From assembly GCF_001194135.2 (NCBI RefSeq), contig NC_068992.1:24356608-24407340 (forward strand): a DNA stretch of 50,733 bases, in the 5' to 3' direction. Each line of letters opens with the position of its first letter. The first letter of the stretch is position 1. Below are positions 1 to 12,040 of the stretch, piece by piece. A program made the translations under genes and the position numbers. Source of the stretch: Octopus bimaculoides. Lineage: Eukaryota. The notes under the pieces are model-generated. The model was not told where the DNA came from. It worked only from the letters and a program-made list of their open reading frames with translations, and ran no database searches.

Positions 1-164
1 ATTAACCTATTTATTTTTCAACCAAAAGGACAATATACAAACACATGTGACACACTATGTCATATCAACAATTAAAAATTCAAAATGACATCTATTATCC
101 CTTAGTGGGTTGGATTCACAACTCCTAACTCTCTTGGATTATATATATATATATTTCTTTTTTG

Positions 165-541
165 TGGAGTTGCAATGGCCCAGTGCTTAGGGCAGTGGAC
201 TCATGGAAATAGGATCATAGTTTCAACTCACAGACCAGGCGTTGTGAGTCCTTATTGAGCGAAAACACCTAAAACTCCACGAGGCTCCAGCAGGGGGTGG
301 TGGCGAATCCTGCTGTACTCTTTCACTACAACTTTCTCTCACTTTTTCTTCCTGTTTCTGTTGTGCCTGTATTTCGAAGGGTCAGCCTTGTTACACTGTG
401 TCACACTGAATCTCCCCGAGAACTACGTTAAGTGTACACATGTCTGTGGAGTACTCAGCCACTTGCATGTTAATTTCACGAGCAGGCTGTTCCGTTGATC
501 GGATCAACTGGAACCCTCGTCATTGTAATCAACAGAGTGCC
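165..541 (+). mobile_element. tRNA-derived SINE (family D here)
   Basis: A-box-like tggcccagtg. Body gggtcagccttgttacac...gagaactacgttaag...cacttgcatgttaatttcacgagcagg recurs at 4770-4975 (-) and 47305-47620 (+). Confidence 0.75.
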
Positions 542-700
542 CCACGAGGGGCTAAACATAAAGGGAACAGACAAGAAGAGACAAAGGGATTAAATCAATT
601 ACATCAACCCCAGTGTGTAAGTGATGCTTTTTTAATCGACCCCAAAAGGACGAATGGCAAAGTCAACCTTGGTGGAATTTGAACTCAGAATATAACGACC
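541..700 (-). mobile_element. SINE family A, partial
   Basis: Minus-strand B-box gagttcaaattcc plus the gcctttcatcctttcggggtcgat-type central domain. Confidence 0.75.
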
Positions 701-1115
701 AAGTATTCCTCCATTGATTTTATAACCATTAGATTGCCCAGACTTTTTAGAAATACTGATAGTAAAAAATTATAGCAAATGTTTGCCTAAAGCTCAATAA
801 ACGACATAACTCTGGTTCTTCTTTTACAGTCCTCTGCAAAATAATAAACTAGGTTTCATTACCACTTTTAAAGACAGGAAAAAATAAATCGTGTAATGTA
901 ATCCTGAATCTATCATCTATAAGTAAACCATGATGGTCATGGAATTGATTATAGATCTCTTATCAGTGTAGATAATCGGGAGCTAACCACCAACTAGGGT
1001 TTTCCTTTAATATAAAAGCAATATATATACATAAAATAGATTGCTTTTATGGGTTTCAGTGAAATAAGGTCTTCCATTATTTCTGCTATATATTCATTGA
1101 TTCAGTTTTCTTTAC

Positions 1116-1152
<37 letters not shown>

Positions 1153-1499
1153 CTGGTAAATGAAATAAATTCAGTGAATTCTTCACTCCTTTTACTACAT
1201 GTTCAAAGTTTCCAGAAAGGATTTAAATAAGCTTATAAAATGATTGGTCTTCAAACTGATCAATCCATTAAGAAAATTGAAGAAATTTAGGTTAGAAATA
1301 TTAAGATTGATCTAATGAAATTTTTGGTAAGGAGATTGCTAAGGCAGCTTTTATACCCAGAATTTGGTATGCTCCTTTTGCTTTCTAATATGTTATTTCC
1401 AATAAAAAAAAAAAAATTTAAAAAATAATAGAAAAATTTATATAATTGATTTTCCCTCAATCTATACTAGCACCACTTGAATTCTTTCATAAATCATAT

Positions 1500-2275
1500 T
1501 CAATTTTTAGCACAAGGTGAACAATTTCAGAAGGTGGGGTGTATAAGTTGATAACATTGGTTTCCCTGTCCCCACTGCCATGCTCAAGTGGTACTTATTT
1601 CATCGATCATGAAAGGATGAAAGCCAAAGTCAACCTAGGCAGAATTTGAACTCAGAACATAGGGACAACCGGAATGTTGCTAAGGATTTTGCCAGCTTGC
1701 CACCTTTATAATAATAATGATGATGATGATGTTGATGGTGATGATGGTAATGATAATAATAATGATGATGATGATGTTGATGGTGATGATGGTAATGATA
1801 ATAATAATAATTCTATAGGTGAAAGGCCTGAAATTTTTTGGTGGTGGGGGTCATTCAATTAGATTGACCCCAGTACGCAACTGGTACTTTATTGACCCTG
1901 TAAGGATAAAAGGCAAAGTCGACCTTGGTGGAATTTGAACTCAGAAGGTAATGACAGGCGAAATATCGCTAAGCATTTTGCCTGGCATGCTAATGATTCT
2001 GTCAGCTCACTGCCTTTATAATAATGATAATAATAGTAATAATAATAATAACAATAATCCTTTCTACTATAGGCACAAGGCCTGAAATTATGGGGGAGGG
2101 GGCCAGTCAATTACATTGAACCCAGTACTTAACTAATACTTATTTCATCAACCTCGAAAGGATGAAAGGCAAAGTTGACCTTGGCGGAAATTGAACTCAG
2201 AAATTGCAGACTAATGAAATACCTCTAAACATTTCACCCAGTGTGCTAATGATTCTGCCAGCTTACCACTTTATT
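1500..2275 (-). mobile_element. Three tandem SINE family A copies separated by (TAA)/(GAT) tracts
   Basis: Repeated gaaaggatgaaaggcaaagtc(g/a)acc...gaatttgaactcagaa at ~1610, ~1905 and ~2155. Confidence 0.8.
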
Positions 2276-2310
2276 ATTAATAATAATAATAATAATGATA
2301 ATAATAATAA

Positions 2311-2340
<30 letters not shown>

Positions 2341-2341
<1 letters not shown>

Positions 2342-2922
2342 AGATGCCATGAGAGTATAGCAAGGCTTGTCCACTGGACACTGCAACAAGTATAGACTTG
2401 ACAGAGCAAAAAATTGGTACGACCACAAATCCAAAAGCATCATCAAAAATAATAATGCAAAGATCATATGGGATTTTATGATTGAGTGCGACCATGAGAT
2501 AGAGAATAGGAAACCAGACATAGTGTTAATTGAGAAAGAAAGCAAACTATGCTGGGTCATAGATATAGCATGCCCAGCTGACAACATGGTATGCACTAAG
2601 GAAGGAAGAAAAGTTGAGAGATATGACATTTTGCTTGGGAGGTTAAGTAGTTGTGGTCGCTGAAAAAAGGTAGCAGTAGTACCAATAATTGTTGGAGCCC
2701 TGGGAACAGTGAGTAAAAATCTCAAGAAGTACATGGAACAAATAGGGGCTACAATAAGGGTGGAGCACTTGCAGAAAACAGCACTGCTTGGAACCACTCA
2801 AATACTCTGGAAGGTGCTCGAAAAATAAGGGGTGTTACCTTAGTTCACTGGTAGTGAACAGCTGACACCGTAGTACATCTCCAGTGTTAGAAGCTATGCA
2901 AAGGCAATGATAATAATAATAA
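2341..2922 (+). mobile_element. 5'-truncated non-LTR retrotransposon of restriction-like endonuclease type (R4/Dong-like), 3' end
   Basis: Frameshifted ORF: RCHESIARLVHW...WYDH...KIIWDFMIECDHEIENRKPDIVLIEKESKLCWVIDIACPADN...ERYD (PD-x-D nuclease), then AWEVK*LWSL...VVPIIVGALGTV...LQKTALLGT..IL.KVLEK* (stop 2826-2828). Followed by an ~80 bp 3'UTR and a (TAA)n tail. Confidence 0.85.
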
Positions 2923-4290
2923 TTCTTTCTACTACAGGTACAAGGCCTGCATTTTAGCAGGCAGGGGACTAGTTGACCACTTTAGCCCCAGAACTTGACT
3001 CGTGCTTGCTTTATCAACTTTGAAAGGATGAAAGGCAAAGTCAACTGAGAATTTATAATAAAAAGGCCTGTCCAGAATATGCTTTTTTTTATGTAGGAAT
3101 AAAGGAACTAACAGGAGGGACACTTTTGTACCTCAACTATAACAGGCCTTTGTGGCAGAGTTTTCTCTGAATTATTCCCAGATAGTTTTCTTTATTATCA
3201 GTGGAATTTCATCTGTCCTTGCGTTCTGAGTTCAAATTCTGACATGGTTGACTTAGCCTTTCATTCTTTCAGGATTACTAAAATAACTACCAGTTGCATA
3301 CTGAGGTCAATATAATCGACTTATCCCCACCTCCCCCAAGCTGCCCTTGTGGCAAAAATTTGAAATAATGGTAATTATTATCTCCTCCTTAGCGAAGGGG
3401 GAGGTATTGTTTTCAGTAGCGTTTGTTTGTCCATAGACAATATATCTCAAGAACTGCTGTACAGATTCAGATGAAACTTTTAGAGATGTTTGGCCTCATG
3501 ACAGGCACAAACTGCTTAGATTTGGGGATCAATTTGGGGTACTAGACAAGGATTCTGGATTATTTTTTCCTGCTTTTTTACTTAATTTTTGTAAGTGGTT
3601 GGATTCATTTTTAGTATTTTCGTTTGTAAGAGCAGTCTAGTTTATTTCAGATATTCTCATTTTAAAAATCATCTCTGGCTAATCATCGAGAGGACGTTGG
3701 TGTTACCTTGGCAGAGGTTTGCACTCTCTGAATACTCATATGATTATTATTAAGGCGGTGAGCTGGCAGAATCCTTAGCACACCAGGCAAAATATTGAGT
3801 GGCATTTTGTTCACCTTTACTTACTGAGTTCAAATTCCACCAACGTCGACTTTTGTCCTTTCAGATCCGATAAATTAAGTACAAGTCAAGTGATCGACTA
3901 TCCCCCCCTCCCCTCAAATTTCAAGCCTTGCACTTACAGTAGAAAGTATTATTATTCTTATCATCATTAGGAGTTATTCCAAATTCCAAAACTTAGCAAT
4001 CCCTTTGAATTGTTTACTGGAAGCATGTACAAAACCCCTGCTTGCTCTAATATACTTGAGTGACTAAGGCGCCAGGCAAAATGCTTCGTGGTATTTCGTC
4101 TGCCGTTACGTTCTGAGTTCAAATTCCGCCGAAGTCAACTTAGTCTTTCATCATTTCAGGGTCGATTAAATAAGTACCAGTTATACACTGGTGTAGATGT
4201 AATTGACTTAATCTCTTTTTCTGTTCTTGTTTGTCCTTTGCTCCCTCTATGTTTAGCCTCCTATGGGCAATAAAAAAAAAAAGAATAAAT
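2923..4290. mobile_element. Four further SINE family A copies (2923-3060 -, 3190-3365 +, 3752-3950 +, 4065-4290 +)
   Basis: Same B-box and central domain. The copy at 3752 retains the head ggcggtgagctggcagaa. Confidence 0.75.
3376..3738 (+). mobile_element. Non-autonomous Helentron-type (HINE/DINE-1-like) element, copy 1
   Basis: 5' hairpin ctcctcc...ggggagg, short (TGTT)n, 3' ccttggcagagg followed by the stem-loop cactctctgaata. Homologous along its length to 24801-25168. Confidence 0.65.
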
Positions 4291-5134
4291 ATATCTGAGT
4301 GACAATTTGTACCTGCTCTTACTTCATTGCCAAACCATTGAACTGCAGGAGGAGCTGGTATTCAACCATAAAAAAACAAAAGGACCATTAATATGCAAAT
4401 GCCAACATTTTTAAACACCATCTCATCATCCAGGCTAACAGAAAAATCATGTATGAATCACAAATAAAAGACAAAATATATGGAGTGCATTAAAATAACA
4501 TGTTTACATTAAAAAATTTTTGAGTGAAAGGTCAATGTTTTCTAACTGAATTACATGAAAATCACATTATATTTAAGTAAATGTATTTGTATTTTTGTAC
4601 ATAATAAAAATAATAATAATAAATGGGTTTGTATGTGTATGCATACATAAATGCAAATATTTTCTGGGTTTTTTTTGTTGTTTCTATCTTGTTTTGTTTT
4701 TATATCATTCTATATTTTGAAGCCCAAGGGCACATTAGGCCAGTTACCCAGTTACAAAGTAATGTAACTGGCACTTCATTGGTTACGATGATGAGGGTTC
4801 CTGTTGATCCAATCAACCAAATAACCTGCTTGTGAAATTAACATGCAAGTGGCCGAGCACTCCGTCTGCAGCGTACACGTACCCTTAATATAGTTCTCAG
4901 AGAGATTTAGTGTGACACAGTGTTACAAGGCTGGACCTTTGGAGTACCGGTACTTTGCATTTTTGCCAGCTGAGTGAACTGTTAAAGGTATGATGATGAT
5001 GATGATATATTTAGTCAATGTGATAATGCATTGTCTCCAAGATTCCCAATATATAACAGCTACTTCTACTAGCTCTCAGTATTGGCAAGTTACTAGCAAA
5101 GCAGAATATAAATAACGCTGTTATTACTATTACA

Positions 5135-5840
5135 ACTGGTGGTGGTGATGCTAACTGCTGCTGCTGATGATGGTGATGATGATAATGATGAAGATTATGA
5201 GGATGATGGTGATGGTGATGATGACGATGGTGATGATGATAATAATGATGATGAGGAAGATTATAAGGATGATGGTGGTGATGATGATGATGATGATGAC
5301 GACAACGACGATGGTGATGATGATAATGATGACGACAACGACGATGGTGATGATAATGTTGACAACGATGACAACGATGATAAAGATGACTGATGATGAT
5401 GATGAAGACGATGATGATGATGACGATGATGATGTTGATGACGATGACGACGACGACGGTGGTGATGGTGTTGAAGAGGGTGATGGTTATAGCAGCAACA
5501 GTGACTAAGATGGCAGATAGCAGTAATGGTTACAGATGCTGCAATTAATAATGATAGCAGGTAATGGGGGAAATAGATAGCAATGCAGTGACAGTTACAA
5601 TGATGATGATGATGATGATGATGGTGGTGCTTTTTTATGGTGGTGGTGCTAAAGATGGGAGTGGTGATGTTTTTTATGCTGATGACTACGACAACAACAA
5701 TGATAATGATTCTAGTTTTTGACGATGATGCTTTTTTCATGGTGTTGGTGGTAAAGATGATAGTGGTGATGATGTTTTTATGTCGATGATCATGATGACG
5801 ATGACGACGATGATGATGATTCTGTTTTTTGATGATGATG
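5135..5840. repeat. Degenerate (GAT/GAC/GGT)n trinucleotide region
   Basis: Direct reading; source of the poly-D, poly-M and poly-H/S ORFs. Confidence 0.9.
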
Positions 5841-6599
5841 ACAAAGAGGCAGAAAATGATAAAATTACTGTCATATGACAAGAATAGACAAACCATTACC
5901 TGTTCTGAAAGGAAGCAGAAAAGAAAGCCTGCCCTTCAACAAATAAAGATTTTTCAAGAGTACTGAAAAAGCTAAAGCTTCATTGCTGTTGTTTGTCTAA
6001 TTCTTAGCCTCTTACACACTTCCATTACCAAGACCTACGCACCAGAAAGATTGATTTTACAAGTGGTGGCATTACCATAAATGAAGACAATACAACAATT
6101 TTATTAACTCTGACAAAACATCAAATATTTCCTGCCAACTTTGTAATTCCTCTCCATAGAAATGGATGCTTCTCATACAATTAGACTAGTTTGATGGTTT
6201 GTAGAAGACTTAACTTAGTTTGAAATTGAAATCTCATCAAGAATTTCTTCCTTGGATTCCAGGTCTTTGTTATTGCAATGCTAAACCAGGAAGAAACAGG
6301 GAAAGAAAAGTCCTAGAATGAGATGAAAAGCGGAGGATGAAAGACCTACAACTGAGACTGAAAGATTATTGATCAGGCCACAGAGTTATGACCTTTTGAT
6401 CAGAAGCTTCAGTAAAACATGTAATAATGCATACTACAATCCATGTTTATATTTTGGAATGATGACGACCATCCGATCATTCTGAGGGAAGGATTATTGC
6501 TGGCTTGTGTGATGGCTTTGTTGAAAGTATAGAACAGCACACTATCAACTTTATTCTCTCATCCAGGATCATCTTCAATTCAGTGGCAAGATCAGGACA

Positions 6600-7020
6600 A
6601 GACCAGGTCAAGTTGACCGGGGATGGAGATGGATGCTATGGATGACCAAGATGTCTAATTTGCTTCATCTTGCTCTCTGAACCCCACAATGCATTGCAGC
6701 AGCCACCTTCATGTCAACTGAATCATGAAGATTTCTTCCACAGAGTCCACTGGATCCAGTCACCAGATCCAAAGCCCCCTAACTCACCTGAAGTCATTTA
6801 CCCATTGGCAAGCTTCACCTGGTTTAGTCTACCAGTCAAAACCATTTTTACTGGGATGGAGCTGCCATTGCAAGCAAACAACTCTTTGGAGCTACAGGTA
6901 AGAATAGAGCACCAAGTGGAAACCAAAGGGGACAAACCACTCACAAGAGTGCAACATGGCATCCCATCAGAGATGCTAATTCTTCATGACAATACACAAA
7001 AGCATAATATGTAGAAATTA
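6600..7020 (+). mobile_element. Highly degenerate mariner-type transposase remnant
   Basis: HEDFFHRV..WIQSPDP resembles the DFLxRIVTGDETWIHHYDP region. KPLTRVQHGIPSEMLILHDNTQKH resembles the KRPGxLxxGVLLLHDNARPH region. Confidence 0.45.
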
Positions 7021-7494
7021 GAAAGAAGCAATTAACCTCATTATCTCTGACTGTCCTCTTTTAGTCTAGAGCAATGATTCACAATTGAGACCCACAAAAG
7101 ATTTTTGGAGGTCCATGCAAACAAAATAATTAATTGGTGACCCACAGAAGTATATTAAGGGTCCATGAAAATTTTTTATTTTAAATGTGTTTATTGCACA
7201 AAACAGTGAGATTTTTTTCTCAAAAATTTTACATAGTTCAACCTACACAAGTTAATGTGTGAAAAACAAAATAGGAATTTTGAAAGACGTATCTTAGAAA
7301 CTAGATTNNNNNNNNNNGTCTTCCAGAATAAAATAGTAATCAAAGGGATCCATAGGTAAAAAATGATGAAAAGCCCCAAGGCTTGGACAAATAATACATT
7401 CATAGATATAAGTGCTGAGACTAGCAGACAGTAGAAATTAAACCAACATTATGAAACACTGCTACAAAAGATGTGGTATTAACATCTTTTTATC

Positions 7495-7920
7495 ATTTTT
7501 ACTTGTTCCAGTCATTTGACTGTGGCCATGCTGTGGCATCACCATGAAAGATTTTAGTCAAACAAATCAACTCCATGACTAATTTTATTTGTTTCAAGAC
7601 CAGGTACTTATTTTATCAGTCTCTTTTGCTGAACTGCTATGTTACAGGAATGTAAACATACCAACACCAGCTGTCAAGCAGAGATTGGGTGACAAACATA
7701 GACACAAAGACAAACACACATAGATATATACATGTGTGTGTGTGTATACATACATATGACAGGCTTCTTTCAGTTTCCACCAACCAGATCCACTTACAAG
7801 GCTTTGGTCAGCCCAAGGCTATAGTAGAAGACACTTGCCAAAGATGCCATGCTGTGGAACTGAACCCAGAACCATGTGGTTGAGAAGCAAGCTTCTTTCC
7901 ACACAGCCATGCCTGTGCCT
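7495..7920 (-). mobile_element. tRNA/CORE-like SINE (family B here) with internal microsatellite
   Basis: Minus-strand head gctgtgtgg..agaagcttgctt...gggttcagttcc, then the CORE-like caccttgggcaagtgtcttctactatagcc motif, and a tail ending cagtcaaatgactg.aacaagtaaaa. Confidence 0.8.
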
Positions 7921-8004
7921 ATCATATTGGGCGATGGGGGATAAAATCATCTCAGAGAATGGCATTAATTATCTTATATTGGAATATATCAATGCATATA
8001 CACG

Positions 8005-8110
8005 AGAGAGATGAGGAATAATGAAGCAGATATTATTGTCAAGGGCCACCACAAGAAGAAGTATCTAGTAATTGAAGTACAAGTCCAAACAGATGATAAT
8101 ATTTCTCTTC
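8005..8110 (+). mobile_element. Degenerate fragment of a restriction-like endonuclease LINE
   Basis: ADIIVKGHHKKKYLVIEVQVQTDDNISL resembles the PDIxxKDxxxKxCxLIDxAxPxDxNI segment of R4/Dong-like nucleases. Confidence 0.5.
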
Positions 8111-8154
8111 CAGCATTATCTGGATATAGCTATATACATAGCAAACCACTTGAC

Positions 8155-8198
<44 letters not shown>

Positions 8199-8984
8199 TG
8201 TTTAGCTCTGGTACATTTAATCAAGATAGTTAGACAAATACACATGCAGGTAACAACACTGGAAGCAATAGTTATTATATCTAACGTTGATCTACTTGTA
8301 TATCGTTGAATAAACAAAAACTCGCTGGTTAGCAAACAGCAGCTTAGCCTTCAGCTGAAATAACTGTCACCGAGAGATACATTGGCTAAGTTGTCTTGAT
8401 GCAGCTGAAAGATATAAAAAGATAAAAAACTGAGATAACTTTGTCATGCACAGAAGCAGAGTTTGGGGAATGTTGCTGCTGCCATACGCTTGATGTTGAA
8501 ATATCTACCTAATTTGCGTAGCAATCATTTTGCTCTCTTATCTAAGAATCTGCTGGAACTCATAACCCTGTGAGTTAATGAAGTCTATAGTGAGCAAGCT
8601 AGATTTCTTTCAGTAGTTTATGACCAATCTCAGACACTACAATTTTTCTAATGACATCTAACTCAGGAATTTTAGATCATTACTTGCTGAAATTCACAGA
8701 TTTTATATATGTATATATATATAAATATATATATATATTTGCATGCGTATATGCGTGTGTGTGAGTGAGAGAGAGAATAAGACAGTGCTTGAGTGTATAG
8801 TAGGGAAAGAATGTATTAGAGAAACAAAGTATGTGTAATTCTTCATATTTATTCACATACTTGCAGTGAGGTTTGTAACTATATTTCATATTATATAACA
8901 ACTTCGTCTGTATTTTTTCTTAATAACATCCTCTAGAAACAAAATTTTGGAGAAGCTGATCAATCTATAATTTTCTCCACATGA

Positions 8985-9210
8985 GGCCGTTGCCAGTACC
9001 GCCTGACTGGCCTTCGTGCCGGTGGCACGTAAAAGCACCCACTAAACTCTCGGAGTAGTTGGGGTTAGGAAGGGAATCCAGCTGTAGAAACTCTGGCAAA
9101 TAAGATTGGAGCCTGGTGTAGCCATCTGGTTCACCAGTCCTCAGTTAAATCATCTAACCCATGCTAGCATGGTAAGCGGACGTTAAACGATGACGATGAT
9201 GATGATGATG
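8985..9210 (+). mobile_element. SINE family C, 3' part with (GAT)n tail
   Basis: ggcacgtaaaagcacccact...ggaagggcatccagctgtagaaac...gcggacgttaaacgatgatga. Near-identical copies at 15550-15835 and 31630-31935; diverged copies at 34830-35330, 38780-38960 and 49000-49160. Confidence 0.8.
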
Positions 9211-10234
9211 ACTGATAGTCACATATCCGTTTAGATAGATAGATAGATATTGTCATGGTAACAGATGAACATTCTTCTTTACTCAGAGAAAAAATATTTT
9301 TCTCATCATAAACAAAGGAAAATATGGTTAACTTTCCCTTATAGAATTCAACTGAAAATAGTGAATAATATATAAGTTTCTAATTCAAATCTATAATTAT
9401 AACAGTTTCTATTTGTCTTCTCTCTTCCATCCAGAAATGACATTAAATGACTTTGTAAAACCTTGGCTGTGTCGAAAATGATATATCAGTAATTGTCATC
9501 ATCATTATCATCATCATCATCATCATTCTTGATAGGTTATGTGCCATAAAAGGTAGAAATATGGAGGAGGGATCAGGTGGCATCACTTTCATTGCTTATA
9601 TCATATCAAAGAGTTATAAAAGATTTATATTACAAGCAAAGTCAAGAGGGGACAATAACAATGAATGACATTGAATCACAAGTCAAAAGAAATACAACAA
9701 TCGCAACCAATCACATTTAGACGAGTGATGGTTTTCACCACCCACACATAACGTTTATAGAGCTGTTAAATATGAAACACAAAGTGATTTTTGTCATAAA
9801 AACGGTGTGTTTCAGTCCACCATACACTTCTTTTAATCTATCTCATGGTGGAGGAGCGGAACCTTTTACCATACTTTTGTTGCCATCATTTGCCTTTTCT
9901 CATATTTCTTCATCTTTTAACCAATATTAATTCTTGCAGATGGGTCATTGCTTTAAAACATCAATAGCTTCTCGTAAAAAGAAACACTCGAAAACTCTGT
10001 AGATGGAGCTGCATTTCCAGCTGAAATTTTATTGTTTGGCAATCCATTTAAACAACCTATCTTTCTTCGTTAATATTAAATGTACAATCCTGCAAAATGC
10101 ATGTGAACAGAAGCACACATATGCATCCTCTACTTTAAACAAACATATACACACACTAAAACACCCAAATATATACGCATATACACACACATATGTATAT
10201 ATATATATCAATAATATATAAATGCATACATATA

Positions 10235-10265
<31 letters not shown>

Positions 10266-10337
10266 CAATAATATATAAATGCATACATATATATATATAC
10301 ATACATGTACATACCTGCATTATATATATATATACAG

Positions 10338-10725
10338 GCATATATGGGTACATGACATCAAAATAATGTAGACACAATGAGAAACGAAAACATAAAAAAC
10401 AAAAACATAGAAAACGAATTTTTTTTCAAACAAGGGAAAAAAACAAACAAACAGAGAAACGAGACATGCAACATAAAGAACAATTCCTTTCATCAGTTAT
10501 CCCTGTTTTATCTACTCCGCATTGTCCTTACCTTTGAAACGCGGAGTAGATAAAACAGTGGACAACTGATGAAGGGAATGTTCTTTATGTTGCATGTCTC
10601 ATTTCTCTGTTTGTTTTTTTCATTGTTTGAAAAATAGTTTGTTTACTATGTTTTTGTTATTTGCTTTTCATGTTCTTGTTTCTCATTTTGTCTACATTTT
10701 CTTGATGTCCTGTACCCATATATGC
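10338..10725. repeat. ~390 bp palindromic element between (TA)n tracts
   Basis: 10338-10520 is inverted relative to 10541-10725, with a 20-nt spacer. A partial second copy of the outer end lies at ~11550-11645. Confidence 0.85.
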
Positions 10726-10829
10726 ATGCATATATATATATGTCGGTATGTATGTGTATATGCATGTATTTATATATTATCTATATTATTATATGATTGA
10801 ACACCATGCATCCTTTTCCAGGTAAGTTC

Positions 10830-10867
<38 letters not shown>

Positions 10868-11505
10868 CGTGTATATATATATTATTCATGCAAGTATTGT
10901 GATGCTAAGTTATGCGCTAATATTTCGTAATCTGGAAGCCATTTGTGAGCGAGCTATTATCTACGAAAATCTAAATACTGACAATCAAATAATTTAATTC
11001 AGTAAAGATAAATGTAATTTCAATGCAGGAATTTGGATTTCCATGTGTGACCTGAAATGTAGATTTCCTGTCACATGATTATTCATAGAATAGGAAACAG
11101 AATTATTCATGGATTAATTGTTCCATGGAGGTTTACATTTGTCTTTCGGTAAAGAAAGAAGAGATGATAATGCCAAAAAAAAAAAAAATTAAAATAAAAA
11201 TTCAGTGTTCAGTCCTACTGAGTGGCACCCTGCACAAATCTCTTCTGCTTGTAGTCCTGGGCCAAACAAAGTCACATGAGTGGATTTGGTAGACAGAAAT
11301 GGAAAGAGACTGTCATGTCCATACATTCACACACACATGTACATAATAGATATATCATCATCATCACTATTTAACATCCACTCTCCATGGTATCATGGGT
11401 TAGAGTGGTTGACTGAAATTGGTAAACCATACACCTGTACCAGGTTCCAGTCTGATTTGGCATGGTCTCTACAGCTGAATGCCCTTCCTAATGTCAACAT
11501 ATACA

Positions 11506-11553
<48 letters not shown>

Positions 11554-11948
11554 GTTCGTTTTCTGTCTTCGTCTTTATGTTTTCATTTCTCATTGTGTTT
11601 AGCGTTTTTTTTTTGTGATGTCCTGTACCCATATATGCATGTATGTATACATATAGATGTAGGTATGTACATATATGTATGGATATATGCATATACTTAT
11701 ATATTATTTATGTTATTATATATATATATATATATATATTTGTGTGTGTGTGTTTGTCCCAGTAACATCGCTTGGCAACCAATGCCAATTTGTTTAAAAT
11801 CACTAACTTAGTGGTTCAGCAAAAGAGATTGATAGAATAAGTACTAGGCTTGCAAAGAATAATCCCTGGGGTCGATTAACTTGACTAAAGGCAATGCTCC
11901 AGCATGACTGCAGTCAAATGACTGAAATAAATAGAATAAAATAATATC

Positions 11949-12040
<92 letters not shown>

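Noticed and set aside
1118-1152. 35-nt poly(T) as a retrocopy poly(A) tail on the minus strand
   Set aside because: No adjacent ORF, polyadenylation signal or TSD found.
5139-5896. ORFs of 84, 113 and 211 aa (poly-D, poly-M, poly-H/S), including a minus-strand acceptor-like ttcctttcag at ~5905
   Set aside because: Translations of a degenerate (GAT)n tract. No domain content and no supportable link to the Ig gene.
7070-7380. Possible hAT-type MITE
   Set aside because: Termini too degraded to show TIRs or an 8-bp TSD, and there is a gap inside.
8039-8404. Minus-strand TM-like peptide (DIITIASSVVTCMCICLTILIKCTRAK) and strong acceptor at 8405 as a possible terminal exon of the Ig gene
   Set aside because: In-frame stop at 8351-8353; the nearby acceptors give short stop-terminated frames or the wrong phase; the ORF runs into (CA)n. 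Only RNA-seq could rescue it.
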